A stretch of DNA of 64,000 nucleotides from an uncultured Poribacteria bacterium (GCA_951828385.1 OX639973.1:2241561-2305560); one strand, 5' to 3'. Positions 10,757-21,761 are shown, counted from the stretch's first letter. Numbers and translations: made by a program. Notes: generated by a model not told the origin, from the letters alone.

Positions 10757-12958
10757 TTGACCGATAAGCTTTTAAATTCCTTAAATGATGTCCAGCGCGA
10801 AGCCGTCCAGCATGCCAATGGGCCGCTTCTCATTTTATCAGGCGCAGGCAGCGGCAAAACGCGCGTCATCACACACCGCATCGCTCACCTCATCAAACAT
10901 CACGGTATCTCCCCTTTCCGTATCCTTGCTGTGACTTTTACGAATAAGGCTGCAAATGAGATGAAAGATCGGCTGGATGCGCTCGTGGAAGGTGGCGTTA
11001 GCCGTGATCTCTGGGTGTCAACCTTCCATGCGACCTGTGCGCGTATCCTGCGTCGCGATATTGAGAAATTAGGCGAGCGTGCAGCCTCTGAAGGCGTATC
11101 CCCATCCAAAAAGCGTGCTTACACGCGGGATTTTACTATATTTGACACCGGTGAACAAGCCACGCTTGTCAAAGATGTGCTTCGGCAGCTCAACTATAGT
11201 GATAAGCAGTATAACCCGCGTGCTATCCTCAGTCTCATTAGTCGTGCCAAAAATGAATCCATTTCGCCCCAAAAGTATCAAGGAATTGCTGACGGCTATT
11301 TTGAGAGAATCGTTGCTGAAGTCTATCCACTTTATCAAGATGCACTGCGGCTGAACAACTCCCTTGACTTCGACGATCTGCTACTTTTCACGGTGGATAT
11401 CCTGAATCAGAACGCCGAGGTGTGCGAATTTTATCAGAACAAATTTGAATATATCCTCGTTGATGAGTATCAGGATACGAATCGCTGTCAGTACGAACTG
11501 GTGCGTTTGCTAACTGGCGCGAAACAGAATATCTGTGTCGTTGGGGACGACGACCAATCTATCTACGCCTTTCGCGGCGCGGACATCAGAAATATCCTCG
11601 ATTTTGAGAAAGATTATCCAAACACCCGTGTCCTCCGGTTAGAGCAGAATTACCGTTCCACGCAAAACATATTGGACGCAGCGTGGAATGTTGTCCAAAA
11701 CAATAAAGCACGAAAACCGAAAAAACTCTGGACTGAACAAGACGATGGCGAACTGATTACCTGTTACGAGGCGATGGATGAAAGTGACGAAGCGGGTTAC
11801 GTCGGTACGCAAATCGAAGATTGGCGCGCAGAAGGCGTAGATTACAAAGACTTTGCTATCTTTTATCGAACCAACGCGCAATCCCGTATTTTTGAGGAGG
11901 CGTTCCGAGCGGCAAACATCCCCTATCAGATTGTCGGGGGTGTCGGTTTCTACGATCGGATGGAGATCAAGGACCTCCTCGCCTATCTTCGTGTGATGTG
12001 TAATCCCAATGATTCTATGAGTGTCCGCCGTATTATTAATGTGCCGAGTCGCGGCATCGGTGCGACAACCCTTGAGCGACTCATTGATTTTGCCGCCGCA
12101 GAAGATATTACGCTCTTTGAGGCTGTCCAACGTGTTGAGGAAATTACCAAAATTAACCGTGGCCTCCAGTCAAAGGTGAAACGTTTCGCTAAAATTTTTG
12201 ATGAATTCGACGCATCGGTGCTACCTACCGATGCACTATATTATGTCTTAAAGGTAACCGGTTATCTCAAAAATTTGGAGGCACAGAATACGATTGAGGC
12301 ACAGAACCGTGTCGAAAATATTGAGGAACTCATTAACGCCGTTATCGAATATGAGGATAACGAACCAGAGCCAAGTCTTTCGGATTATTTGGAGAACGTG
12401 GCACTTATCGCTGATATAGATACGATGGAGACCGACAGCACAGATATGGTGACGTTGATGACCCTACACAGTGCTAAGGGCTTGGAATTCCCATTCGTTT
12501 TCATCGTTGGGATGGAAGACGGTTATCTACCGCATAAACGCTCTATTGATGAGGCAACGGAGGCAGCGATAGAAGAAGAACGGCGACTCTGTTACGTCGG
12601 CATTACACGAGCGATGGAGCAGCTGTATCTCTTGCACGCCAGATCCCGGAGAACGTTCCGAGAGACAGAATATCGCGTGCAATCTCGGTTTATCGCTGAA
12701 ATTCCAGAACACCTCATCAGGCATGTTGATCGTTACCGTTCTCCATTTCACGAATCGGCAGGCTTGTATGAAGAGGCACTTGAGGATGCGGATGATTATT
12801 ATGTTAACCAAATTGTCCATCACCCGCAGTTCGGAAGGGGTAAGATAACGAAAGTCAGAGGTGCAGGGCAGGATGTTTATATTACCGTTCGGTTTAGTCG
12901 TGCTGGCATGACGAAGCAATTCGCCGCATCGCTTACCCCCCTGACAATATCTGATTAA
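10757..12958 (+). CDS. uvrD: ATP-dependent DNA helicase UvrD/PcrA family
   Basis: 733 aa. Apparent TTG start with SD AAGGGG. Motifs: GxGKT (ILSGAGSGKTRVITHRIAHL), DEYQDTN, QNYRST, LMTLHSAKGLEFPFVFIVGMEDG, YVGITRA. Confidence 0.9.
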   Translation: MTDKLLNSLNDVQREAVQHANGPLLILSGAGSGKTRVITHRIAHLIKHHGISPFRILAVTFTNKAANEMKDRLDALVEGGVSRDLWVSTFHATCARILRRDIEKLGERAASEGVSPSKKRAYTRDFTIFDTGEQATLVKDVLRQLNYSDKQYNPRAILSLISRAKNESISPQKYQGIADGYFERIVAEVYPLYQDALRLNNSLDFDDLLLFTVDILNQNAEVCEFYQNKFEYILVDEYQDTNRCQYELVRLLTGAKQNICVVGDDDQSIYAFRGADIRNILDFEKDYPNTRVLRLEQNYRSTQNILDAAWNVVQNNKARKPKKLWTEQDDGELITCYEAMDESDEAGYVGTQIEDWRAEGVDYKDFAIFYRTNAQSRIFEEAFRAANIPYQIVGGVGFYDRMEIKDLLAYLRVMCNPNDSMSVRRIINVPSRGIGATTLERLIDFAAAEDITLFEAVQRVEEITKINRGLQSKVKRFAKIFDEFDASVLPTDALYYVLKVTGYLKNLEAQNTIEAQNRVENIEELINAVIEYEDNEPEPSLSDYLENVALIADIDTMETDSTDMVTLMTLHSAKGLEFPFVFIVGMEDGYLPHKRSIDEATEAAIEEERRLCYVGITRAMEQLYLLHARSRRTFRETEYRVQSRFIAEIPEHLIRHVDRYRSPFHESAGLYEEALEDADDYYVNQIVHHPQFGRGKITKVRGAGQDVYITVRFSRAGMTKQFAASLTPLTISD

Positions 12959-12979
12959 TAAGGAGACGCACTACGAAAA

Positions 12980-13312
12980 ATGGAAACGATTACGACGGAT
13001 GGCGTACGCCATGTTGCAAATTTGGCGCGCCTTGAATTTAACGACGAAGAAACAGAACACTTTACCGAGCAACTCGCCCGCATTCTGGAGTATATCGGGA
13101 AATTGAATGAACTTGAGACAGATGACGTGCCACCGACATCGCACATCCATCCGCACCAAGTTTTCATCATGGGTGCGCAAGAGGGAGCAGCGCATGTCGC
13201 CAAACCAGATATTGTCAAGCCTTCCTATCCGCGCGAAGAAATCCTTGTTAATGCACCTGAAGCTGAAGAGGGATACTTCGGTGTCCCCAGAGTAGTCGAT
13301 AGGGATTCTTAA
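12980..13312 (+). CDS. gatC: Asp/Glu-tRNA(Asn/Gln) amidotransferase subunit C (GatC)
   Basis: 110 aa. Conserved N-terminus (VRHVANLARLEFNDEE...FTEQLARILEYIGKLNELETDDV). SD AAGGAGA. Immediately followed by gatA. Confidence 0.85.
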   Translation: METITTDGVRHVANLARLEFNDEETEHFTEQLARILEYIGKLNELETDDVPPTSHIHPHQVFIMGAQEGAAHVAKPDIVKPSYPREEILVNAPEAEEGYFGVPRVVDRDS

Positions 13313-13456
13313 GCAAAGCCCAGGCAACGCGCCGAACCGCAAAGAAAGTTAAAAAAAGTTACAAAGAACGATAGTCCGTAATGAAATGGAGGACGGGTTA
13401 CGTAAAGGCGGTTGAAGTAACCAACCCGCCTGACCGAACCGCAAGGAAAGTTAAAA

Positions 13457-14932
13457 ATGCTTTACGAATTGACGGCACATACCTTGCACGAGAAACTCAA
13501 AAATCGGGAAATCACCGCTGTAGCGTTGGTTGAATCTGTCTATGCGCGTATTGCTGAAGTGGAATCGCATGTTAAAGGCTACCTGACGTTGACGAAGGAC
13601 ATCGCCTTGGAGCAGGCGAGTCATGCCGACGCGGGATTTCAAAAGGGAGACGAGATGCCGCCGCTCGCGGGTATCCCGATCGCGATTAAAGATGTGATAT
13701 GTACCAAAGGTGTACAGACAACCTGCGGTTCTAAAATCCTTGAAAACTTTGTGCCGCCATACAATGCGACTGTTATGACGAAACTCTACGAGCAGGGAGT
13801 TGTCATGGTCGGTAAAACGAATATGGACGAGTTCGCGATGGGTTCCTCTACCGAGAACTCGGCATATCAGATTACGCATAACCCATGGAATCTGGACACG
13901 ATCCCTGGTGGTTCAAGTGGCGGTTCTGCCGCAGTTGTATCTGCGGATACGGCGGTCTGTTCGCTCGGTTCAGATACCGGTGGTTCGATTCGGCAACCCG
14001 CAGCACTCTGTGGGGTCGTTGGCATGAAACCGACGTATGGACGTGTCTCCCGCTATGGACTCGTCGCTTTTGCGTCTTCACTTGACCAGATCGGTCCGTT
14101 TACCAAAGATGTCACCGATTGCGCCTTGTTGCTCAACGCTATCTGTGGCAGCGACGCGATGGATGCAACTTCTGTCGATGTACCTGTGCCAGATTTTACA
14201 CAGAGTCTCATCAACGATGTCCAAGGCTTAAAAATCGGTGTGCCGAAAGAGTATTTCACACCGGCGTTGGACACAGAAATTGCGGATAGCGTTCAGAGTG
14301 CGACGGCTGTTCTTGAAAATCTCGGGGCGACCGTTGAAGAAATATCGTTGCCACATACGGAGTATGCAATCGCGACGTATTACATCATTGCCCCCGCTGA
14401 AGCGAGTGCGAATCTCGCAAGATACGATGGTGTCCGTTATGGATACCGCAACGAAAACCCTGAAGACCTTATCGGTATGTACAAAAAGACGCGAAGCGAA
14501 GGGTTTGGTGAAGAGGTGAAACGTCGGATTATGCTCGGCACTTTTGCGCTGAGTGCAGGTTATCAAGATGCTTATTATAAAAAAGCACAAAAAGCACGGA
14601 CGCTGATCAAATCTGACTTTGATGCCGCATTTGAGAAGGTTGACGTTATCGCAACACCGACCTCGCCTACACCGGCGTTCAAAATAGGCGAGCGGACTGC
14701 AGATCCATTGCAGATGTATCTTTCTGATGTGATGACAACGCCTGCAAGTCATGCCGGGCTACCCGGTATCTCTGTGCCGTGCGGCTTCGTCCAAAACGGG
14801 CTGCCGGTCGGATTGCAACTCCTCGGCGCGCCTTTCGCAGAAGATAAAGTCCTACGCGTTGCCTATACTTTTGAACAGAATACCGAACACCATCGGCAGA
14901 AACCGAAAATTCAGACGAATGGAGCTGTTTGA
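13457..14932 (+). CDS. gatA: Glutamyl-tRNA(Gln) amidotransferase subunit A (amidase signature family)
   Basis: 491 aa. Amidase signature [11 protein letters not shown]...[14 protein letters not shown] and GatA-like N-terminus. Preceded by CAAGGAAAGTTAAAAATG. Confidence 0.95.
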   Translation: MLYELTAHTLHEKLKNREITAVALVESVYARIAEVESHVKGYLTLTKDIALEQASHADAGFQKGDEMPPLAGIPIAIKDVICTKGVQTTCGSKILENFVPPYNATVMTKLYEQGVVMVGKTNMDEFAMGSSTENSAYQITHNPWNLDTIPGGSSGGSAAVVSADTAVCSLGSDTGGSIRQPAALCGVVGMKPTYGRVSRYGLVAFASSLDQIGPFTKDVTDCALLLNAICGSDAMDATSVDVPVPDFTQSLINDVQGLKIGVPKEYFTPALDTEIADSVQSATAVLENLGATVEEISLPHTEYAIATYYIIAPAEASANLARYDGVRYGYRNENPEDLIGMYKKTRSEGFGEEVKRRIMLGTFALSAGYQDAYYKKAQKARTLIKSDFDAAFEKVDVIATPTSPTPAFKIGERTADPLQMYLSDVMTTPASHAGLPGISVPCGFVQNGLPVGLQLLGAPFAEDKVLRVAYTFEQNTEHHRQKPKIQTNGAV

Positions 14933-15414
14933 CAATGAATACCGTGATAGCCCCGCTCGGTGGACTCCTGGGTGCAATACTTGGGGGTGTACTTTGGGCA
15001 AAATATAGCCAATGGACGGGACACACTGCTGGCTTTATTGCCATCGGTATCGGTGTGTTTACCGGAGCAGGGATGCTCCTGACAAGCACTCGAAGTCTGC
15101 CACAAGACACGAAAACTGCGTGGCGTATTGTCGGCATCGGTGCTGCGGTTTTTGCGATACTCGGTATCTTTATCGGGAAATACCTGGATGTTCAGTGGAA
15201 TGCGGTCGCACAAATCGCGGAGCAACTCCGTCAAGAGAATAATATGTCGTTGGAGCAAGCGATGCCTATCGCAAAGACACTTTTCAAAGGACAGTCTGTT
15301 TGGGAATTGATACAGCAACGGATGAGTCGCATTGACCTGCTTTATGGTGCCGTCGCGGCCTTCATCGCTTTTCGCATTCCAAATATTCAACGCTTACGAA
15401 ACTTTTTTTATTAA
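14929..15414 (+). CDS. Small hydrophobic membrane protein, unknown function
   Basis: 161 aa. Overlaps the gatA stop by 4 nt (ATGA). Has 3-4 predicted TM segments. No recognisable family by eye. Confidence 0.45.
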   Translation: MTMNTVIAPLGGLLGAILGGVLWAKYSQWTGHTAGFIAIGIGVFTGAGMLLTSTRSLPQDTKTAWRIVGIGAAVFAILGIFIGKYLDVQWNAVAQIAEQLRQENNMSLEQAMPIAKTLFKGQSVWELIQQRMSRIDLLYGAVAAFIAFRIPNIQRLRNFFY

Positions 15415-15508
15415 TTCAGACTTACATAGATTCCATGTCTCTGCAGCTTGATTTCCAATCGCGCACTTCCAAAACGCGATAGGAACATGCCTGCAGGAGG
15501 GAGAAAAA

Positions 15509-16960
15509 ATGAAACTGTTAATGATACGATCTGGAAACCTGCATGCCTCAGCCAAAACCTCTTTTCACATTTTGTTATCTATATTTCTGGTTTGCATGGT
15601 CCTGCCACTCAGTTGGAGTTCGGAAGAGACAGGAACGGCGGTTGACGATGAATTGTTGGAGGGCATCGCGCTCTTGTCAGATGTCTTGGCTTATGTCCAA
15701 CAGGAGCATCTGGATACGCCGGATAGTAAAGAGATTATAGAGGGCGCAATCAGGGGGATGCTTCGCGAATTAGATCGATACAGTCAATTTATTCCGGATT
15801 ATCTTGAATTTCAGACCCAGAACCAAGGTAAGTACGCTGGACTCGGTATGGTCATCGGTATTCGTGAAGACATGTTGACTGTCATTACGCCTTTTAAAGG
15901 TTCACCTGCCGCGTTGGCTGGCATTCAGAATGGGGACATTATCACTCACATTGAAGATGAATCGACGATGCCACTTTCACTGAGCGATGCTGTAGATCAG
16001 CTGCGTGGTGAACCCGGTACCTATGTTTCTATCACAATCGTGCGCGAGAACGAAAGCCGTCCAATTGAACTTACCATTACCCGTGAGATCATCCGGATTC
16101 CGAGTGTCGAATACGATGTTATCGGCGATAACATTGGATACATCGAAATCAATCAATTCCTTCAGACGACAGCAAATGATGTTGATAATGCGCTTGCTGG
16201 GTTCAAGGCGAAAAATGTCCGTGGCGTTATCCTTGACCTCCGATCAAATCCGGGCGGTCTACTTTCCTCAGCTGTTGATATCGCAAGCGATTTCCTGACA
16301 CCCGGTCAACTCGTTGTTTATAGTAAGGGGCTTGAATCCCGTGAGGACTTCCGGGCAAAAGGCATAAAAAGAGAACATTTTCCACTGATTGTACTCGTCG
16401 ATGACGGGAGCGCAAGTGCCTCTGAGATCGTTGCAGGTGCCATAAAAGATCATGGGCGCGGGCTTGTCATGGGCGATAAGACCTTCGGCAAGGCATCCGT
16501 CCAACGGGTCTTTCAGTTGCGGAATTCAAAAGCTGCTGTGAAACTCACCGTTGCGCGTTACTATACACCCAACGGCGTTGATATTGATAAGGTGGGTATC
16601 ATTCCCGATGTTGAGACAGCAGGGTTTAGTCAGTCTGAATTGGGGATGCTGCGGTCGAAACTCCAAAATCACGAGAAGCTTAAAACCTTTGTAGAAAAAA
16701 ATGGTGACGATGTGTTAGAGAAACTCACTGCTGCTGAATATGCCGCCAGCGACAACTTACAAGCCGGAAAGCTGCTACGGAGTTACCAACGCTTAAGCGA
16801 TGCGCTTGCTGAAGAGCAGATTGTTCTCAGGGATCTCGGTATTAAATACGGACTCGCTCAGATTACGGAAACATCTCAGGACGAGTTGATGCATGACCCG
16901 CAGATCTTCGCCGCGATAAATCAGTTGAAGGTACTTGAACTCTTTGGAAATAAAAACTAA
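15509..16960 (+). CDS. ctpA: S41-family C-terminal processing peptidase (Ctp) with PDZ domain
   Basis: 483 aa. Signal/TM N-terminus, PDZ ([40 protein letters not shown]), catalytic region ([22 protein letters not shown]...[23 protein letters not shown]...[11 protein letters not shown]). Confidence 0.85.
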   Translation: MKLLMIRSGNLHASAKTSFHILLSIFLVCMVLPLSWSSEETGTAVDDELLEGIALLSDVLAYVQQEHLDTPDSKEIIEGAIRGMLRELDRYSQFIPDYLEFQTQNQGKYAGLGMVIGIREDMLTVITPFKGSPAALAGIQNGDIITHIEDESTMPLSLSDAVDQLRGEPGTYVSITIVRENESRPIELTITREIIRIPSVEYDVIGDNIGYIEINQFLQTTANDVDNALAGFKAKNVRGVILDLRSNPGGLLSSAVDIASDFLTPGQLVVYSKGLESREDFRAKGIKREHFPLIVLVDDGSASASEIVAGAIKDHGRGLVMGDKTFGKASVQRVFQLRNSKAAVKLTVARYYTPNGVDIDKVGIIPDVETAGFSQSELGMLRSKLQNHEKLKTFVEKNGDDVLEKLTAAEYAASDNLQAGKLLRSYQRLSDALAEEQIVLRDLGIKYGLAQITETSQDELMHDPQIFAAINQLKVLELFGNKN

Positions 16961-16985
16961 TGCCAAAATTAATGGAGATAAGCTG

Positions 16986-18446
16986 ATGCCTGAAGTCCAA
17001 ACACCACTATCAAACTATATTGATAGCACGTGGCAAAAATCAGCGACGGATGAACTGCTTGACGTTACGAATCCAGCAACCGGGGAAGTCCTTGCCCAAG
17101 TCCCGCTTTCACCCGCTAAAGAAGTGCATCAAGCTGCCACTGCTGCTGCCGAAGCACTCCACGAATGGCGACGCACCCCGCCCGTTCAACGCATTCAATA
17201 CCTCTTTGCCTTGAAAAATCTTTTGGAAGAAAACATTGACGACATCGCGAGAACGATTACGTTGGAGTGTGGTAAGACGCTTGACGAGGCAAAAGGCGAA
17301 ATGCGACGCGCTATCGAAAACGTCGAGGTAGCGTGCGGCATCCCGACGCTCATGCAAGGCACGAACTTAGAGGATATCGCCACCGGTATTGATGAATTTA
17401 TGATTCGTCAACCTGTCGGCGTATGTGCTGCAATCGCGCCTTTTAACTTTCCAGGGATGATTACCTTCTGGTTTTTACCTTATGCAATTGCTTGTGGCAA
17501 CACCTACATCGTCAAACCCTCCGAAAAAGTACCGCTCACGATGCAAAAGGTGTTCCAACTGCTTGAGCAGACAGGATTGCCTAAAGGTGTGGTCAACCTT
17601 GTTAATGGTGGACAGGAGACTGTAGATGCCATCTTAACGCATCCCGATATCCGCGGCATTAGTTTTGTCGGTGCGACTGCAACCGCAAAAGCCATCTATG
17701 CGAAAGCCGCCGCGAACGGGAAACGGGTACAGTGCCAAGGCGGTGCGAAAAATCCACTGATTGTGCTTCCAGATGCTGACCCACAGTTTACTGTGAACGC
17801 TACAGCGGAGAGCGCGTTCGGGTGTGCCGGTCAACGCTGTCTTGCGGCATCCCTTGCATTCACTGTTGGTGGTGCGCGACACTGGTTCACAGAAGCCATC
17901 GCGGATACCGCCACCGATCGGGTTGTCGGAAACGGATTGGCGGAAGGCATCGAAATGGGGCCCGTGATTACTGCCGAAAGCCAGAAGCGAATCGAGGGGT
18001 TAATTCAGGCCGGTGCTGATGAAGGCGCGCAGCTGCTTGTTGATGGTCGGTATCCAAGCATCTCCGGTGGTGAAAACGGTAATTTCATCCGTCCGACGAT
18101 CCTCAACGGTCTTAACCCGGAAGGCGAGATCGCCAAGACCGAAATCTTCGGACCCGTTTTAGGACTTATTCATGTTGAAACAATTGACGATGCAATTGAA
18201 CTCATCAATAGCGGCAGTTATGGCAATATGGCGTGTCTCTTTACAAGTAGCGGTGCGTCTGCCCGGAAGTTCCGCTATGAAGCAGAGATCGGAAACATCG
18301 GCATTAACATCGGTGTCGCTGCCCCGATGGCGTTCTTCCCCTTCAGTGGCTGGAAAGATAGTTTCTTCGGCGACCTCCACGGTCAGAGTTGGGATGCGGT
18401 AGATTTCTTCACACAGAAGAAAGTCGTTGTTGAACGCTGGACGTAA
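16986..18446 (+). CDS. Aldehyde dehydrogenase family protein, probably CoA-acylating methylmalonate-semialdehyde dehydrogenase-like
   Basis: ALDH catalytic Cys motif [15 protein letters not shown]-binding [12 protein letters not shown]. About 500 aa. Start moved to the ATG at 16986 (SD GGAGA) because the ORF-track start at 16935 overlaps ctpA. Confidence 0.8.
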   Translation: MPEVQTPLSNYIDSTWQKSATDELLDVTNPATGEVLAQVPLSPAKEVHQAATAAAEALHEWRRTPPVQRIQYLFALKNLLEENIDDIARTITLECGKTLDEAKGEMRRAIENVEVACGIPTLMQGTNLEDIATGIDEFMIRQPVGVCAAIAPFNFPGMITFWFLPYAIACGNTYIVKPSEKVPLTMQKVFQLLEQTGLPKGVVNLVNGGQETVDAILTHPDIRGISFVGATATAKAIYAKAAANGKRVQCQGGAKNPLIVLPDADPQFTVNATAESAFGCAGQRCLAASLAFTVGGARHWFTEAIADTATDRVVGNGLAEGIEMGPVITAESQKRIEGLIQAGADEGAQLLVDGRYPSISGGENGNFIRPTILNGLNPEGEIAKTEIFGPVLGLIHVETIDDAIELINSGSYGNMACLFTSSGASARKFRYEAEIGNIGINIGVAAPMAFFPFSGWKDSFFGDLHGQSWDAVDFFTQKKVVVERWT

Positions 18447-18477
18447 TTTTCATAGCAGTATTTTTTCCAATTCGGTA

Positions 18478-18508
18478 GGCGCGCTTTGCAAGCGCGCCGA
18501 TATTTTTT
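18478..18508 (+). terminator. Rho-independent terminator after the aldehyde dehydrogenase gene
   Basis: GGCGCGC-tttgcaa-GCGCGCC perfect 7-bp GC stem followed by gaTATTTTTT. Sits between convergent genes. Confidence 0.5.
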
Positions 18509-18579
18509 GGAAATACTCTGTCTTTCCGACTTTGCTGGCGAGGCTTCATCTCGCCTTATAGTGCTTATCGCGTTCATGC

Positions 18580-20472
18580 TCACCACGGCTGCCTATATGA
18601 CGGCGAATTCGCGAAACGTTCCATCCTCAATTCCAAATCAATCTCTGTGTTCGGCGGCAGTTGGACGCAGATATACATGCCATTGACCGGAACCGTTTGC
18701 ACCTTTTCACTGGTGTTGACGCGTGCTGAAGTGAAGTTATGCTCACCCATCGCACCTGCCTGCACAACGACATCCCGCGATTCTGTGGTGTTAAGGTTGA
18801 CAAGTTGAAGCTCCGTTGTATCCGCTGTCAGCTTGGTAACCAACGCACCGACATCCGGTGGAAGTCCCGGTCGCTGCTGTTGCGCGTCAAAGTGCCGTAG
18901 CCGTGTCACGAACAAGCCGCCGTTGTAATGCGGTAGCGGAGCCCCACAGGTCAGTTGAACCAGCCCTTCACACGTAATTGGGTTGCGCCGCTGGAAATAG
19001 GCATCTCCATAATTCGCTGGAGCCTCGTCGTCGTTCGCCATAAAGTTGAGACGTGCTTCGACTTGCGATATGTTATGATTGAGGATTGATTCTGGATATT
19101 CAGGATAATCGCCGCGCATAAACGCCAGCCATGCCCCGTCGTGCCCACCGCTATCCTTTGTATGATGCCACGCGTTGATGTCAAATTTTGAACCCGTCTT
19201 TTTAGCGATGTTCTCTCCGCGTTTTTGATCCGCCTGATCCATTGACATTGCCCATAGATGGGCGACATCCGAAGCGTGCATCGGCATAAATTCAAACCAA
19301 CCGTCCACTTGCAGAGCCGTGCCGTCCACGTTTGTAATCGGATATTGCAACCAAGCACCGGGGACGTAGTTGACCTTGCCCGGATCACCATACTTCTGCG
19401 GGACGTAAAGTTGATCGTCCTTCCCAATCCCTTGTTGAATTAAAACGTCAATCTGTGAGCGCGGAAAATCGAGGAACGCCAAATCGCGCCAGAGCAATGC
19501 CGCATTCTGTCCAGCGATACTGACTGCTTGCCCGACGCTATGCCACCCATGCGGCCAACTCCAACCGTAGTAAGAACCATACCATTTGCCGTCTATATGT
19601 TCGCCAATTTTTCCAGTAAGTCCGACGTTGTCTGGAACGATACCACCATTTTCGGTTGTCCGTTCTATCCACGCATCGACGTATTCCCGGACCCATTCGC
19701 TGTATTTATCTTCACCCGTCAGGAGATAGGCATTGGTCGCAAGGGTTGTCGCAGCGAGGTTGACAACAGTATCCCCGACACCTTGCCGTTCACGGATACG
19801 CTGCCCCATACGGGTGCGCACCGCCTCATTTTCCCGCACCGCTTCATGACTCGTGCCGCCCGGTATATCGTAGAACGGCATATTGTAGCCGTCCCAGGGC
19901 CAATATGGGTGTCCAGTGAAAGCCCAAAACGCTGGTCCTTTGCTTCCGTTCATGGCGCACTTGATGATTTTGTGCTGACTGTCATAATTTGGGGCATCAG
20001 GGTCTTCGTTCATAAAGAACCCCGCAAACCGTTTTGCCCGTTCAATGTGCTTAGCATTTGACGGGTCCGCCATGCAGAGCATGTAAAAGAGGTAGTTCCC
20101 TTCGCCTTGATGAAACCAGTCATATCCGGGTTGATAATCTTTGACAACCATTGGGTAACCATGACCGCTACCGTATCGCGCCATATCGTTTGTGATGACA
20201 TCGAATTCGGTGTCTGCATCGACCAAGAATTGCGCGTCGCCACCGAGCATATAAAAAAGGGGCCAGTTATGAAAACTCTCGTAGGCATCGTCTAATCCGT
20301 CGATACTCTGAAAGTCTGGGGTTGTTGGCCAGAGCAGTGTACCATCAGCGCGCGTATATTTCTGTAGGACTTCTGGTCCTGCAGCGTTCATTTTATCAAT
20401 GAGTTCGCGCTCAAGGACTGCCCACGCCGGTGGTGTCTGGAGTTGTATTTGCGCTTCAATCGTTGGGAACAT
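18580..20472 (-). CDS. Large cytoplasmic W/Y/G-rich hypothetical protein. Possible (alpha/alpha)6 glycosidase-like fold, not supportable from sequence alone.
   Basis: The ORF-track frame is 18580-20592. The likely start is the ATG at 20470-20472 (MFPTIEAQIQ...) with SD GAGGGT. No signal peptide. Aromatic-rich segments (GKWYGSYYGWSWPHGWHS; HPYWPWDGYNMPFYDIPGG). Confidence 0.5.
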   Translation of the reverse strand: MFPTIEAQIQLQTPPAWAVLERELIDKMNAAGPEVLQKYTRADGTLLWPTTPDFQSIDGLDDAYESFHNWPLFYMLGGDAQFLVDADTEFDVITNDMARYGSGHGYPMVVKDYQPGYDWFHQGEGNYLFYMLCMADPSNAKHIERAKRFAGFFMNEDPDAPNYDSQHKIIKCAMNGSKGPAFWAFTGHPYWPWDGYNMPFYDIPGGTSHEAVRENEAVRTRMGQRIRERQGVGDTVVNLAATTLATNAYLLTGEDKYSEWVREYVDAWIERTTENGGIVPDNVGLTGKIGEHIDGKWYGSYYGWSWPHGWHSVGQAVSIAGQNAALLWRDLAFLDFPRSQIDVLIQQGIGKDDQLYVPQKYGDPGKVNYVPGAWLQYPITNVDGTALQVDGWFEFMPMHASDVAHLWAMSMDQADQKRGENIAKKTGSKFDINAWHHTKDSGGHDGAWLAFMRGDYPEYPESILNHNISQVEARLNFMANDDEAPANYGDAYFQRRNPITCEGLVQLTCGAPLPHYNGGLFVTRLRHFDAQQQRPGLPPDVGALVTKLTADTTELQLVNLNTTESRDVVVQAGAMGEHNFTSARVNTSEKVQTVPVNGMYICVQLPPNTEIDLELRMERFANSPSYRQPW

Positions 20473-20739
20473 GATTTTTACCCTCAATATTCGGATTCTG
20501 ATTGGTAGCAGTATATCACATTTGGGTTTTTGTATATTCGTAAAATCTATACTCTTACGTAAAGATAATCTAAAACCAAATCGTACTATCATAGTTCAGA
20601 ACCATTCAATTCTCCATTTTTCGCTCGAATCTTCACCACAAGGCCCGGTAGGTGCGGTTTTGGATGCACTTTACTGAGGCACATGGATAAAAACATATCC
20701 AAAAACCAGTATTCAGGAGATCCTTTTGTGGATTGTCGC

Positions 20740-20768
20740 TTGAATTCTCAGCGGGTTTCGTGTATAAT
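20740..20768 (+). promoter_or_regulatory. Candidate sigma70 promoter for the eutN-like gene (TTGAAT-17 bp-TATAAT)
   Basis: ttgaat(20740-20745) tctcagcgggtttcgtg tataat(20763-20768), about 60 nt upstream of ATG 20827. SD AAGAAAGG. Confidence 0.45.
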
Positions 20769-20826
20769 TTCAGAAACAGAAATAGTGTAAGTGAACTATT
20801 TTAACTCATAAGAAAGGTCAAACTAA

Positions 20827-21114
20827 ATGATCCTTGGAAAAGTTACTGGGACAATCGTCGCGACGCAGAAAGATGAGAAACTTATCGGAAGCAAGTTGAT
20901 GGTTGTCCAAGATGTGGATCTGAATGGAGAAGTCGACCGGAAATATACAGTCGCTGTGGATGCGGTTGGCGCAGGCATCGGCGAGATTGTCCTCGTCGCA
21001 ACGGGGAGTTCTGCGCGGCAAACCCAAGTCACATCGAACAAACCGGTTGATGCTGTGATCATGGCGATTGTTGATACCGTAGAAGTCGCCGGAAAAGTCC
21101 GGTATCATAAGTAG
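20827..21114 (+). CDS. eutN: Bacterial microcompartment vertex (pentamer) protein, EutN/CcmL/PduN family (BMC-P)
   Basis: 95 aa. Aligns by eye along its full length to E. coli EutN. Conserved blocks: AVDAVGAGIGEIVLVATGSSARQ vs AIDNIGAGTGEWVLLVSGSSARQ, and PVDAVIMAIVDTVEVAGKVRYHK vs PVDLCVIGIVDEVVSGGQVIFHK. Confidence 0.9.
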   Translation: MILGKVTGTIVATQKDEKLIGSKLMVVQDVDLNGEVDRKYTVAVDAVGAGIGEIVLVATGSSARQTQVTSNKPVDAVIMAIVDTVEVAGKVRYHK

Positions 21115-21148
21115 AAAATGGAACGCGCATTTATACGGGAACAAAGTA

Positions 21149-21718
21149 ATGGAACGTGAACGTGTCCGCGCTGAAGTGCTTCGCCAGCGTGACGGACTCG
21201 TACCGGAAGTCCGTGCCGTGTTCAGCCGACAGATTGTAGATTCGGTCATGCGTTGGATACAAAGCGGAAGTTTCGACGCTGTGATGCTCTATCTCAGCAT
21301 GCGGAGCGAGGTCGAAACGGATGCCCTCCTTGAAAGGCTGCTCCACGCAGGAAAACATATTTGTGCGCCTGTCGTAGATACGGATCAGCACCGACTCATA
21401 CCGCGGCGTATTCAGGAAGTAGAAACAGCATTGGTACGGCATCGCTACGGTATGTTGGAACCCAATACGGCATGCCCGATTTTTCCGATTTCGCAGCTGC
21501 AACTCATCGTCGTCCCTGGTATCGCCTTCGATTGTAAAGGGTATCGCCTCGGATACGGTAAAGGTTTCTACGATCGGTTCCTCGCGAGCTGCCCACATGC
21601 CATCCCGATCGGTCTAGCGTATCAGATACAAGTTGTAGAAAATACGTTCCCGCACGTATGGGATATACCGGTTAAACACATTTTTACAGAGACCGGTAGA
21701 ATAGATATTCATGAATAA
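21149..21718 (+). CDS. 5-formyltetrahydrofolate cyclo-ligase (MTHFS)
   Basis: 189 aa. Motifs VVPGIAFDCKGYRLGYGKGFYDRFL typical of 5-FTHF cyclo-ligase. Lies 34 nt downstream of the eutN-like gene. Confidence 0.85.
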   Translation: MERERVRAEVLRQRDGLVPEVRAVFSRQIVDSVMRWIQSGSFDAVMLYLSMRSEVETDALLERLLHAGKHICAPVVDTDQHRLIPRRIQEVETALVRHRYGMLEPNTACPIFPISQLQLIVVPGIAFDCKGYRLGYGKGFYDRFLASCPHAIPIGLAYQIQVVENTFPHVWDIPVKHIFTETGRIDIHE

Positions 21719-21761
21719 AAGTTGGGCGAGGCACAGGGACCACGTTCAACAAGAGAGTGGC

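Noticed and set aside
13313-13456. T-box or other riboswitch between gatC and gatA
   Set aside because: The spacer is only 144 nt. It lacks a specifier/antiterminator architecture and any terminator T-run. Only simple nested hairpins and a duplicated RBS are present.
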